From NCBI RefSeq assembly GCF_009914755.1, contig NC_060926.1: 64,000 nt of DNA; one strand, 5' to 3'. Positions 1 to 16,346 of this stretch are shown here, piece by piece; within the stretch, counting starts at the first letter, position 1, and each line of letters starts with the position of its first letter. The DNA comes from the human T2T-CHM13v2.0 reference genome, Homo sapiens. A program made the position numbers and the translations under genes. The notes beneath the pieces are model-generated. The model had not been told where the DNA came from, searched no databases, and saw nothing but the letters and a program-made list of their open reading frames with translations.

Positions 1-61
1 GGAGGAAAAAAAAAAAACCCAAGAAGAGAACATTGCATCAAGTAATAATTAGAAGTGAATA

Positions 62-867
62 TCTCAAAAAAGACATTTATGCAGCCAACAAGCATATGAA
101 AAAATGCTCATCATCACTGGTCATTAGAGAAATACAAATCAAAACCATAATGAGATACCATTTCACGCCAGTCAGAATGGCGATCATTAAAAAGTCAGGA
201 AAAAACAGATCCTGGAGAGGCTGTGGAAAAATAGGAACGCTTTTACACTGTTGGTGGGACTGTAAACTAGTTCAACCATTGTGGAAGACAGTGTGGTGAT
301 TCTTCAAGGATCTAGAACTAGAAATACCATTTGACCCAGCAATCCCATTACTGGGTATATACCCAAAGGATTATAAATCATTCTACGAGAAAGACACATG
401 CACACGTATGTTTATTGCAGCACTATGCAAAATAGCAAAGACTTGGAACCAATCCAAATGTCCATCAATGACAGACTGGATTAAGAAAATGTGGCACATA
501 TACACCATGGAATACTATGCAGCCATAAAAAAGGATAAGTTCATGTCTTTTGCAAGGACATGGATGAAGCTGGAAACCATCATTCTCAGCAAACTATCAC
601 AAGATCAGAAAACCAAACACCACATGTTCTCACTCATAAGTGGGAGTTGAACAATAAGAACACATGGACACAGGGAGGGGAACATCACACACTGAGACCT
701 GTTGGGAGTTGGGGGTTAGGGGAGGGATAACATTAGGAGAAATACCTAATGTACGTGACAGGTTGATGGGTGCAGCAAACCACCAGGGCACATGTATACC
801 TATGTAATAAAACTGCACGTTCCGCACATGTAACCCAGAACTTAAAGTATAATAAAAAAATAAATAA
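62..867 (+). mobile_element. 5'-truncated LINE-1 (L1PA7/8-like): ORF2 C-terminus and 3'UTR
   Basis: ORFs 33..299 and 408..650 are ORF2 C-terminal fragments (HMKKCSSSL...[14 protein letters not shown]). G-rich 3'UTR and A-tail at about 850-867. Confidence 0.93.
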
Positions 868-978
868 GAGACAGGGTCTTGCTATGTTGCCCAGGCTGGC
901 CTCAAACTCCAGGGCTCAAGGGATCCTCCCACCTCAGCCTCCTGAGTATATGGTACTACATGCATGCCACCATGCCCT
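868..978 (-). mobile_element. Alu monomer/fragment (FLAM or AluJ-like)
   Basis: gagacagggtcttgctatgttgcccaggctgg...ccaccatgccc is an antisense Alu arm. Confidence 0.8.
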
Positions 979-1378
979 ATTAAGTAACTCCTTTTTTTCA
1001 CCACTATTTCCTTAGCTCCAAGAACAATGCCTGATAAGTGGTAGTCACTCAAATATTACTGAGTCAGGATGGTAGGCGTGAAGAAAAACAGAGTCAAGGA
1101 AAGGCTTTGTGATTTGTTTACAAAAGCTTTCTGAAAATAATGGTAGAAGAAAATGTGCCAATAACCCAAGAAGGCAAAATTGAAGAAACTCAAAGAGGGA
1201 GAAAATTAATATAATTAGTTCTTAGAGGAGGCAGGAAAGGATAGAATGAGAGCATGGAAAGGGCTATTGCCCTTGGCAAGGAAGTGAGGAACATGTTAGA
1301 GAAAATCAAAGAAGGGAAGATAAAGAAAGCTAAAGGAGCTCATGTAATATACCTTCAATTGTTAAAAAGAGAACACAG

Positions 1379-1918
1379 AAGATGGCCGAATAGGAACAGC
1401 TCCAGTCTACAGCTCCCAGAGTGAGCAATGTGGAAGATGGGTGATTTCTGTATTTCCAACTGAGGTACCACGTTCATCTCACTGGGGCTTGTCAGACAGT
1501 GGGTGCAGTCCACAGAATATGAGCCAAAGCAGGGCGGGGGATCGCCTCACCTGAGAAGCAAAAGGGGTCGGGGAATTCCCTTTCCTGGCCAAGGGAAACC
1601 GTGACAGACGGTACCTGGAAAATCAGGACACTCCCACCCTAACACTGCACTTTTCCAACGGTCTTAGCAAACGGCACACCAGGAGATTATATCCTGCACC
1701 TGGCTCAGAGGGTCCCATGCCCACGGAGCCTCACTCACTGCTAGCACAGCAGTCTGAGATCGAACTACAAGGAGGCAGCGAGGCTGGGGAAGGGGCGTCG
1801 GCCATTGCTGATGCTTGAGTACGTAAACAAAGCAGCAGGGAAGCTTGAACTGGGTGGAGCCCACCGCAGATCAAGGACGCCTGCCTGCCTCTGTAGACTC
1901 CACCTCTGGGGTCAGGGC
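1379..1918. promoter_or_regulatory. L1 5'UTR: sense promoter (+), antisense promoter and ORF0 remnant (-)
   Basis: YY1 site AAGATGGCC at the 5' end. An ORF0-like MADAPSPASLPPCSSISDCCASSE* starts at 1805 on the minus strand. Activity is not demonstrable from sequence. Confidence 0.65.
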
Positions 1919-2616
1919 TTAGCAAATTGGATAAAGAGTCAAGACTCATCAGTGTGCTGTATTCAGGAGACCCATCTCATGTGCAGAGACACACACAGGC
2001 TTAAAATAAAGGGATGGAGGAAGATCTACCAAGCAAATGGAAAACAAAAAAAAGCAGGGGTTGCAATCCTAGTCTCTGATAAAACAGACTTTAAACCAAC
2101 AAAGATCAAAAGAGACAAAGAAGGCCATTACATAATGGTAAAGGGATCAATTCAACAAGAAGAGCTAACTATCCTAAATATATATGCACCCAATACAGGA
2201 GCACCCAGATTAATAAAGCAAGTCCTTACAGACCTGCAAAGAGACTCAGACTCCCACACAATAATAATGGGAGACTTCAACACCACACTGTCAACATTAG
2301 GCAGATCAACGAGACAGAAAGATAACAAGGATATCAAGGACTTGAACTCAGCTCTGCACCAAGTGGACCTAACAGACATCTACAGAACTCTCCACCCCAA
2401 ATCAACAGAATATACATTCTTCTCAGCACCACATCAGTTATTCCAAAAGTGACCACAAAGTTGCACTCCTCAGCAAATGTAAAAGAACAGAAATTGTAAC
2501 AGTCTCTCAGACCACAGTGCAATCAAACTAGAACTCAGGATTAAGAAACTCACTCAAAATCGCTCAACTACTTGGAAACAGAACAACTTGCTCCTGAATG
2601 ACTACTAGGTACATAA

Positions 2617-3471
<855 letters not shown>

Positions 3472-3474
3472 TGA

Positions 3475-3594
<120 letters not shown>

Positions 3595-3774
3595 TGATTA
3601 TCTAAATAGATGCAGAAAAGGGCTTCAACAAAATTCAATAGCCCTCCATGCTAAAAACTCTCGATAAACTAGGTATTGATGCGACGTATCTCAAAATAAT
3701 CAGAGCTATTTATGACAAACCCACAGCCATTATCATACTGAATGGGCAAAAACTGGAAGCATTCCCTTATGTAA

Positions 3775-3879
<105 letters not shown>

Positions 3880-3881
3880 TA

Positions 3882-4366
<485 letters not shown>

Positions 4367-4399
4367 TAACAGACAAACAGAGGGCCAAATCATGAGTGA

Positions 4400-5191
<792 letters not shown>

Positions 5192-6719
5192 TGAACAGGC
5201 AACCTACAGAATGGGAGAGAATTTTTACAATCTACCCATCTGACAAAGGGCTAATATCCAGAATCTACAAAGAACCTAAACAAATTTACAAGAAAAAAAA
5301 TCAAACAACCCCATCAAAAAGTGGGCAAAGGATATGAACAGCCACTTCTCAAAAGAAGACATTTATGCAGCCAACAGACACATGAAAAAATGCTCATCAT
5401 TGGCCATCAGAGAAATGTAAATCAAAACCACAATGAGATACCAACTCATACCAGTTAGAACGACGATCATTAAAAAGTCAGGAAACGACAGGTGCTGAAG
5501 AGGAAGAGAAACAGGAACACTTTTACATTGTTTGTGGGACTGTAAACTAGTTCAACCATTGTGGAAGACAGTGTGGCAATTCCTCAAGGATCTAGAACTA
5601 GAAATACCATTTGACCCAGCCATCCCATTACCGAGTATGTACCCAAAGGAGTATAAATCATGCTGCCATAAAGACACATGCACACATATGTTTATTGTGG
5701 CACTATTCACAATAGCAAAGACTTGGAACCAACCCAAATGTCCAACAATGATAGACTGGATTAAGAAAATGTGGCACATATATACCATGGAATACTATGC
5801 AGCCATAAAAAAGGATGAGTTCATGTCCTTTGTAGGGACATGGATGAAGCTGGAAATCATCATTCTCAGCAAATTATCGCAAGGACAGAAAACCAAATAC
5901 CACATGTTCTCACTCATAGGTGGGAATTGAACAATGAGAACATTTGGACACAGAGCGGGGAACACCACACACCAGGGACTGTTGTGGGGTGGGGGGAGGG
6001 GGGAGGGATAGCATTAGGAGATATACCTAATGTAAATGATGAGTTAATGGGTGCAGCACAGCAACATGGCACATATACAAAAGTAACAAAGCTACAGGTT
6101 GTGCACATGTACCCTAGAACTTAAAGTATAATTAAAAAAAAAGAGAGAGAGAGAACACAGACTGTTCTAGAAAATTTGATAAATTATTGGGACTTGGATC
6201 TTTAGCTATGCAAGAAATGTGTATTGATATAATTTTGTACCCATACAACCTAGTGAACACATTTCTACTTCTTATGGAACACTGGTAAGTGGCTCAACCC
6301 ATTTATCTGACCCTTTAAAGATTTGTTTAAAGATTAGGGGGAAGGAAAATCAGTTGTCTCCTATTGTCAAAGAGACAACTTCTTTTCTCCTTTATCAAAC
6401 AATTCATATTCTCATTTCAATTCAAAAATATTGCTGAGCACCTACAATGCACTACAGGGGAGACAATAACAAAGAGGACGTGATTCTTGCACTTAAAGAG
6501 CATTATCAGAATTATAATCACTGCCCTTTGGGTAACACCCCAAAGAACCCTTCTTTTGACAAGTTTTATCTAGACATGGGAAATTTCTAACAAAAGGAAA
6601 ACTCAGGATATTGCCTTTGCCACTCCCTTCAAAAGTCTCCCAGAACACCCAATAATATACAGTGTGACATGCCTACTGTATGGGGTATGCAAAGGTAGAG
6701 GCTATATCCTGAGATTTCC

Positions 6720-6765
6720 TATGTATCTCCTATTGGTTCTATTTCTCTGGAGAACCCTAATACAG
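6720..6765 (+). mobile_element. 3' terminal fragment of an MLT2 (ERVL) LTR
   Basis: tctcctattggttctatttctctggagaaccctaataca matches the MLT2 LTR end; compare 21010-21047. Confidence 0.6.
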
Positions 6766-8010
6766 AACTCTAACTGTTTGGAATTCATGTATATTTAGAT
6801 CACTTTACTTTTAAAAAATGCATTAAAAACAGAACTGATATTGACTTCCATTAAGTACAGAGTAGAGACAATGAACAGCAAATGAGGGATTAAGAGCCTA
6901 ATTAAAGAAAACAAATTGGCTTATCTCCTATCCAACTCAAAGGAATGCTTAAAGGTGTAGGAAGAATATACATGGGTGTAATTTTGCTCTCCTCTGAATA
7001 AAGGCTGTAGCATATTTCCAATCTGCTAACATGCTGTGAGATAAACTTTCTAATCCTTCAATTCAGAAACCAAATTCACTATTTCTAAAAACTTTCTTTG
7101 AACTGCTAAAAATACCATCAAGAAAAAAGTATAAGCAAGCCACAGATGGCAACCAATGAAGTAATATTCAATGTTCTTTCCACATTACAGAGGTCAGAGG
7201 GGAGGATAAAGCATTTGTTCATATTATAGTACAGAAATAATATGAATTGCAAATTTTTTTAAACACTTGCAAGGCACAAGAGAAATAAATCAGTGCAAAA
7301 CAGGTCAAAACATACACTACCTGAAAGCATTTTCAGCAGAAACAATGTTTTCTACAAGGGCAAATAGTGCACAGAAAATAAAACTAAACTAAGAGACACT
7401 ACTATTAGAAGCATCTTATATGGCTGGATTTTTTTTTTTTAAGGAAAATCTAAAACAGTCTATCTAATCACTTTTTTAACAAGTCCGTAAAAACGTAACA
7501 GTTAAATTGACAGGTAGCAAAAGTCCAAAATAATGAATTTCTATTCTGCATTATGGTTGGTTACTGTAGAGAGCTTGTAATGAAATCTCTCATATATGCC
7601 TGCTCACAATCTTCTGAATACCTTCTGCACATTTTAATAGTTGCCTCTGTTGTAAGCTCCCCATTCTAATCAGTAAAATTAAAGGGTTTCTGTTTGGGTC
7701 CCCTACACTTTTGTAAGCTGTCTGTGCTGTCTGTGCCCCTTAATAAAACATTTTCTGCTTAAGAGTACCTGGTGTGAACTCTCTTTTCTACAACTAAGAA
7801 TTCTGACCAATAAAGAGCCTGAAAATATAAAGATGGAAAAATAAAGTAAATGGGGATGGTGGGTGGAAGAGAGAGAGAAAAAAAACAGTAGTAGTAAAAA
7901 AGGAATCATTACAGGTACCACAGACATCAAAAGATATTACGAACAACATTTCCAATAAATCTGACAACTTAAATAAAAGTCACGTATTCTTTATTAAAGA
8001 AATATAATCT

Positions 8011-8295
<285 letters not shown>

Positions 8296-9478
8296 CTATA
8301 AATTACAAACCTTCTCACAAAGGAAACTTCAGTCCCAGATGGCTTTACTAATAAAATTTGTATCTTAAATTTATATAAACTTTTCCAGAGAACAGGGAAA
8401 ACAGGAAACCTTTCCTACTTTGTTGTATGAGTCTAGCATAACCTTATTACTAAAACTTGACATGACAATTACAAGAAAAATTATAGACCAATCTCTCATA
8501 AACATAATGCAAAAATCCTAAACATACTAGCAAATCAAATCCAACAATATGTAAAACACGTATCACGAAAAAATAAGGCTTCTTCCAGAAATACATAATT
8601 AGTTCTTTCAAAAGCCATTGTCCCAGAAACAGACTCCCATCTATCTACAATGTCATTTGATTTTTGACAAAAGACACCAATGCAATCCAATGGGGAAGAA
8701 AGAAGTCTTTTCAACAAACTGTGCTGGAACAATTATATAATAATGTGGGAAAAAATTAACCTGGACTTCTATATTTTACACTACGCACAAAAAATTAATG
8801 TGAGATAGATCTAGACCTAAACAAAAAAGCAGTAACTAGAAATCTTCCAGAAGAAAGCACAGGAAGATATTCTGCAAGTAGCTGAAGTTTTCTTAGGACA
8901 CAGAAATCAATACTGATAAAAGAGAAAAAGATAAATCAGACTTCCTCAAAATTAAAAACATTTGATCATCAAAAATTACTGTAATTTACATTAATAAAGG
9001 GCAAAAATCATATGATCATCTCAATAGACGCAGCAAAATAAGCATGATAAAATCCAACTCTCATTCAAAACAGTAATTACCGAAAAAGCTCTTTACCAAC
9101 TAGGCACAGAATGAACTTCTTCACACTGACAAAGAATATCCACAGAAAACCTACAAAACTCAACATTTTTAATGTTCTTAAAAGCTTTCCCCTTAAGACT
9201 GGGAATAAGACAAAGATAGCTATCATCACCTCTACTGAACATTTTGCTGGCAGTGCTAGCCAGTATAGGAAGCTGGTGAGAAGGGAGAAATAAAGGGGGT
9301 ATGAGACGGAGGAAGGAAGGGAGAGAGGGAGAGGAGAAGAAAAGGAGAAGAAGGAATAAAGGAAGAAGGAAATATGACATTATGTATACAAATGATGAAA
9401 ATTCAACCTAATCTGCAAACCATAAATAACTCACTTAAAAAAAAAGTGAGTTTAGCAAAATCATTAGGTATAAGGTCA

Positions 9479-9838
<360 letters not shown>

Positions 9839-10196
9839 TTAAAATGACACCATTTAAACATACATCAAAAAACACCAAATATCTAGGGATAAATCCAATG
9901 AAATATATGCAAGCATAAGTCTTCCACAAAGAAGATTCAACACCTACTTCCCTTTTGGCAGTCTGGAATTGAGGTATGTGCTAAGCAGAGTGCCTACACT
10001 ACCAGTCCCCAATAAAAGTCCTGTGTGCCAAGTCTCTAATGCACTTCACAAGATCTCAACTAGTTGCTGGAGGTGCAAGTACCCACTGGAAGAGGACTCT
10101 TAGGCGCTTACACCTGGTTTCCTCCAGATTCCACCATCTGTGCTTTTCCCTTTGCTGATTCTGGTTTGTATTCTTTTGCTACAAGAGTACAACTAT

Positions 10197-10250
10197 ACGT
10201 TGGTGCAGAAGCAATTGTAGTTTTTGCCATTACTTTTATGACAAAAAACA
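10197..10250. mobile_element. MADE1 (Hsmar1-derived MITE), partial
   Basis: gttggtgcagaagcaattgtagtttttgccattacttttatgacaaaaa matches the MADE1 TIR and core. Confidence 0.8.
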
Positions 10251-10260
10251 TAATAATAGA

Positions 10261-10712
<452 letters not shown>

Positions 10713-10884
10713 TCATATGTAACATGTTTTATTCCTTAAAAACTTGGAGGAACAGTGATTTCTTAAACAGGATATAAAAGAACTATAAAGGAAAAAAGGA
10801 TAAGCTGGATTACATTAAAATTAACATTTTCTGCTCATCATATGACACCACTGAGAGAGAAAAGGCAAGTCACAGAAAAGAAGA

Positions 10885-11219
10885 TGATATGGTTTGGCTG
10901 TGGTCCCCACCCAAATCACATCTTAAATTCCCACGTGTTGTGAGACAGACCCAGTGAAAGGTAATTGAATCACATGGGCAGATCTTTCCCATGCCGTTCT
11001 CATGATAGTGAATAAGTCTCACAAGATCTGATGGTTTTATAAAAAGGAGTTTCCCTGCACAAGCTCCCTCTTCCACATGACTTGCTCCTCCTTGCCTTCT
11101 GCCATAATTTTGAGGCCTCCCCAGCCTCAATGAAATATAAGTCCATTAAATCTCTTTCTTTTGTAAATTGCCTGGTCTGGGGTACATCTTTATCAGCAGT
11201 GTGAAAAGAGATGAATACA
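10885..11219 (+). mobile_element. THE1 (THE1B-like) solo LTR, MaLR
   Basis: TGATATGGTTTGGCTG...AATACA with 5-bp TSD gaaga/gagga. Confidence 0.9.
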
Positions 11220-11459
11220 GAGGATAATATATGCAATATGTATTATCAGACAAAGGATTTACATCCAGGAGGATTCCTACAAATTAATCATAAAGATTTA
11301 ACAGGAACTTCATAAGAAAGACTACCCACATGGACGATAAATATATGAAATGGTGCTCAACTTCATTAATCAACATGGAAATGCAAATTAAAACCGTAAT
11401 GTCATGCTATTTTATATATCCCAGAAAGATTAAAATGAAAAAGACAATATCAAATGTTG

Positions 11460-11788
<329 letters not shown>

Positions 11789-12167
11789 CTAGTACTTGAA
11801 TGTAAACTGATACAACTATATTAGAAAATTATTTAACAGTAACTACTGAAGATGAATATACACCTACCTGATGATTTTATAGCACTACTTCTGGGTATAT
11901 AACCCATAGAAATGTGTGTCTATGTTATCACAAGGCCAAAACTGTTTACAGCAGAATTATTTCTAACAGTAAAATCCTGCAAATAACTTCAAATGTCCAA
12001 CAGTAGAAATGAATAAGTGAACTGCAATACATCAAACAATGGAGCATCTTAGAATGAACAAACTACTGTCATGTAAGTACAATCTGGATGAATCTCACAA
12101 ATATAGTGCTGAGCAAAAGAAACTAGACACAAAATGATACAATTTCATTTATATAAAATTCAAACAA

Positions 12168-12431
12168 TCACACCTGTAATCCCAGCACTTTGGGAGGCCA
12201 AGGCGGGTGGATCAACTGAGGTCAGGAGTTCAAGACCAGCCTGACTAATATGGTGAAACCCCATCTCTACTAAAAAATATAAAAATTAGCAGGTATGGTG
12301 GCGGGCACCTGTAATCCCAGTTACTCGGGAGGCTGAGGCAGGAGAATTGCTTCAACTTGGGAGGTGGAGGCTGCAGTGAGCCAAGATCACTCCAGCCTGG
12401 GTGACAGAGCAAGACTCTAAAAAAAAAAAAA
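12168..12431 (+). mobile_element. AluSx-like, 5'-truncated
   Basis: Alu body flanked by a tcaaacaa duplication. Confidence 0.9.
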
Positions 12432-12548
12432 CCTCAAACAAAACGTATGGTGTGAGAAGCCAGTATAATGGTTATGTATTCTGGAGAAGAGGTAGTGAGT
12501 AGGAGGGCACACAAGTAAGACATCTGGGGCACTCTGTAAATGTTTCTT

Positions 12549-13039
12549 TGTGGCAGACTGCCACAATTACTACTTGAGACCTTCACTACAACTGTTACTA
12601 CTTGAGACTGTCATTACGAGACTGAGTGAAGGGGGATGAACTAGAAATGAAAACTTAAGACAAAAGTAACTGTTTTAAAGGAAGGGGCCAGGGGAAGAAG
12701 AAGAGGGCTCCCTGCTTCTAGTGAGCAAAGGCAGTGCCTGAGCTTCTACAGCCCTTCGTATTTATTGGGTAACAAGAGCAAGGAGGAAGAGGTAATGATT
12801 GGTCAGCTGCTTAATTAATCACAGGTTCATATTATTACTAACAGGCTTCAGATGTACCGAATCTCAAGAAACATTGCACTTGGGACATGACTGCCCTCAG
12901 CATTCCTTATGGGTGGCATACGCAGTTTGTCAGTTTGCCAACATTCTGCATTTATGAGAACAGTTTGTTGTTTACTCATATAGCCTCCAGTGGTAGGATA
13001 CTGAGTTAATCACGACCCTCAATCTTTCAGCCTCCAACA
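12549..13039 (-). mobile_element. Solo LTR of a class II ERV (LTR3/HML-6-like)
   Basis: Minus strand TGTTGGAGGCTGAAAG...GCCACA. Perfect 6-bp TSD tttctt at 12543-12548 and 13040-13045. Family name recalled. Confidence 0.75.
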
Positions 13040-14679
13040 TTTCTTTAGTTCATGTGTGAAAAAATATTGAGGTATAAATATATGATTTCTGTATTTTTCT
13101 GTATGTTACAATTTAAAAACATGAGTTCTTAAAATATGCATACTCAGAAAAAACTCACAGAATTCAAGCAGTTAAGTATAACATAAGGACCATTACAATC
13201 TGCCCCCAGTCATCTTTTTGGCCGTATTTCCTGGTATGTTACTCCTTGTTCCTTGCTCTGCACTTTCCAAACATTTGTCTAAGTATGTGGTATTCTCTCT
13301 GGAATACCCTTTGGCACCTGGCAACTCACATAGACTTTGCTCAGATTACACTTCCTCATGAGGCCTCTCAGAATCCCTCCATCGTTTTATGGACATCCAT
13401 AATAATTTGTGCCTCTACTTTAGACACACTTGCCACACTGCATTGTAATTGTTTATGTGTGTGTTCCACTAGATTGCAAACTCCCTGAGAACAGATACTG
13501 GATTGTCATTTTCATACTTCAGTGGCTGCTGTGGCACCATTCATTCATTCATCATACCTATCATATGAAATACTTTGTCATAGGTGCCAGGAGATAAGGG
13601 TTAAGCAAGCTTCCAGGAGTTAATGGTGTGTGCTAGATATCACTCAATAAAGCAAAAGGTAAGAGGTTGAGAGAAAAAGACGTAACAGAATGGAGACAAG
13701 CAGACAGAGGTGCACACACCTTCATGGAGTAACTGCCATTTTAAGGTATTTTACAATATTGCCACTGAAGATCTGGAGCTGTGTTGTGTTGTTGTAAGGC
13801 TTAAATGGGAAATATCTCTTGGCATTTGTCCTCAGGGTTAAATGAAACTAAGCTGAAGGTAAAATTTAATTCACAAGTATTTTAATAATAAGTCACATCA
13901 TCTGTTATATTGAAACCAAGTGACAAAAGCTCTATTATACTCTGTTAGTTTTTAATTTTTTAAGCTAGTTTAAATCAAACATATTTAAGAGTTATGTTCT
14001 GCTTTGAACTGTAAATATTTTTCTAAGTAATCATCTTAAACCTTACAAACATATATCTATAAATCATTTCCAGAAGTGTTCCGACTGACAATAAACCAAT
14101 ACAAATACAAAATATTTAAAACAAGAACAAGTCAATGTCTATTTCATTGACTAGTGCAGTTTCACAGAAATATTTCTATTTTTTAGTATATTTTCACCAA
14201 TCTGAAATGTCATATTACTATATAAAGACCAAAACAGACCTTCAAAACATGGCACTAATATTCTTTTTTGTATCTACAATAAAAGGCTTAGAGCCAGTGC
14301 AAGAAGGCTGCCTTTTGCAACCTGATCTTAAGACTTTTCTGGTAATTTCTTAAAGGCATTAACAATTTATATAAAATGAAAAGATACTATCTAAAGATAC
14401 AAGTACTACTATTTTATGTTTCCTAAATGCCAATGGTAGCATTTAAGGGTCGCTAAGGCCCATCAGTGAACTAGAAAACTGTTTTCTCTTCTGTCTACAT
14501 AAACTGATGCATTTTCCCCTTTATCATACTCTTTCCCCAAAGCACAATGTATCCATCAACACTGGCATTAAATTGCTCTTATTAATAGCAATAAATGGTA
14601 TACTATAATGGGTACATTCAGCAAATACAATGCATACATCTATAGGCCAACTGTCAGTATGTCATTTTATTTTTTAAAT

Positions 14680-15250
14680 AGTTCTACTGATGTTAAATTA
14701 TATATAATAAAATTCACTTAAGTGCATAGTTCTATGAGTTTTGATAAGTGTATACAGTTGTATAATTAGCCCCACAATCAAGATATAGAACATTTCTAAC
14801 ACTCCAAAGAGTTCTCCTTACCCTCTGGCAACTGATCTGTTTTCTATTCAAATACTTTTATCTTTTCTAGAATTTCATAAAAATAAAGCCATACAATGAG
14901 TGGTCCTTTGCATCCACCATCTTTTGTTGACATACTGCTTCCAAGATTTATCATGCTGTGTGTAGCAGCAGCTCATTCCTTCTTAGAGAAGTAGTATTCC
15001 ATTGTATAAATATATCACAATAAGTTTATTCAGTAATTAATATGCATTCAGCTGTTTCTAGATTTTGGCTATTATGAACAAAGTTCCAATGAACATGTAA
15101 ATATAAGCATTTGTGTGGACTCGTGTTTACACTTTTTTGGATAAATCTCGCAGAGTGGGGCTGTTGGGTCTTGGTGAGTTTATGTTTAACTTTGTAAGAA
15201 ACTGCCAAACTGCATTCTTGCTGCAATGTGTAAGTTCTAGGTGCCCCACA
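14680..15250 (-). mobile_element. Old L1M 3' region
   Basis: Typical antisense L1M 3'UTR (tgagttttgataagtgtatac; ttttggctattatgaacaaag). Confidence 0.7.
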
Positions 15251-16051
15251 TTTATATATATATTTATATATACGTGTGCAGAACGTGCAGGTTTGTTACA
15301 TAGGTATACACGTGCCATGGTGGTTTGCTGCACCCATTAACCCGTCATCTAGGTTTTAAGCCCCTCATGTATTAGGTATTTCTCCTAATGCTCTCCCCCT
15401 CCCTTTGCCCCCTACCCTGATGGGCCCCAGTGTGTGATGTTCCCCTCCCTGTGTCAATATGTTCTCACTGTTCAACTCCCACTTATGAGTGAGAACATGC
15501 AGTGTTTGGTTTTCTGTTCTTGTATTAGTTTGCCGAGAATGATGGTTTCCAGCTTCATCCATGTCCCTGCAAAGGACATGAACTCATTCTTTTTTTACAG
15601 CTGCATGGTATTCCATGGCGTATATATGCCACATTTTCTTTATCCAGTCTCTCATTGTCAGGCATTTGGGTTGATTCCAAGTCTTTGCTATTGTAAATAG
15701 TGCTGCAATAAACATACATGTGCGTGTGTCTTTACAGTAGAATGATTTATAATCCTATGGGTATATACCCAGTAAAGGGATTGCTGGGTCATATGGTATT
15801 TCTGGTTCTAGATCCTTGAGGAATCGGCACATTGTCTTCCACAATGGTTGAACTAATTTACACTCCCACCAACAGTGTAAAAGTGTACCTATTTCTCTGC
15901 ATCCTTGCCAGTATCTGTTGTTTCCAGACTTTTTAATGATCTCCATTCTAACTGGTGTGAGATAGTTACCTCATTGTGGTTTTGATTTGCATTTCTCTAA
16001 TGATCAATGACAATAAACTTTTTTTCATATGTTTGTTGGCCGTGTAAATGT

Positions 16052-16346
<295 letters not shown>

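Noticed and set aside
1900-1940. L1 internal deletion as a spliced retrotransposed L1 (SpIRE)
   Set aside because: The 5' breakpoint is about 540 nt into the UTR, not at the known +97 donor, and the recalled consensus has no GT there. Microhomology fits better.
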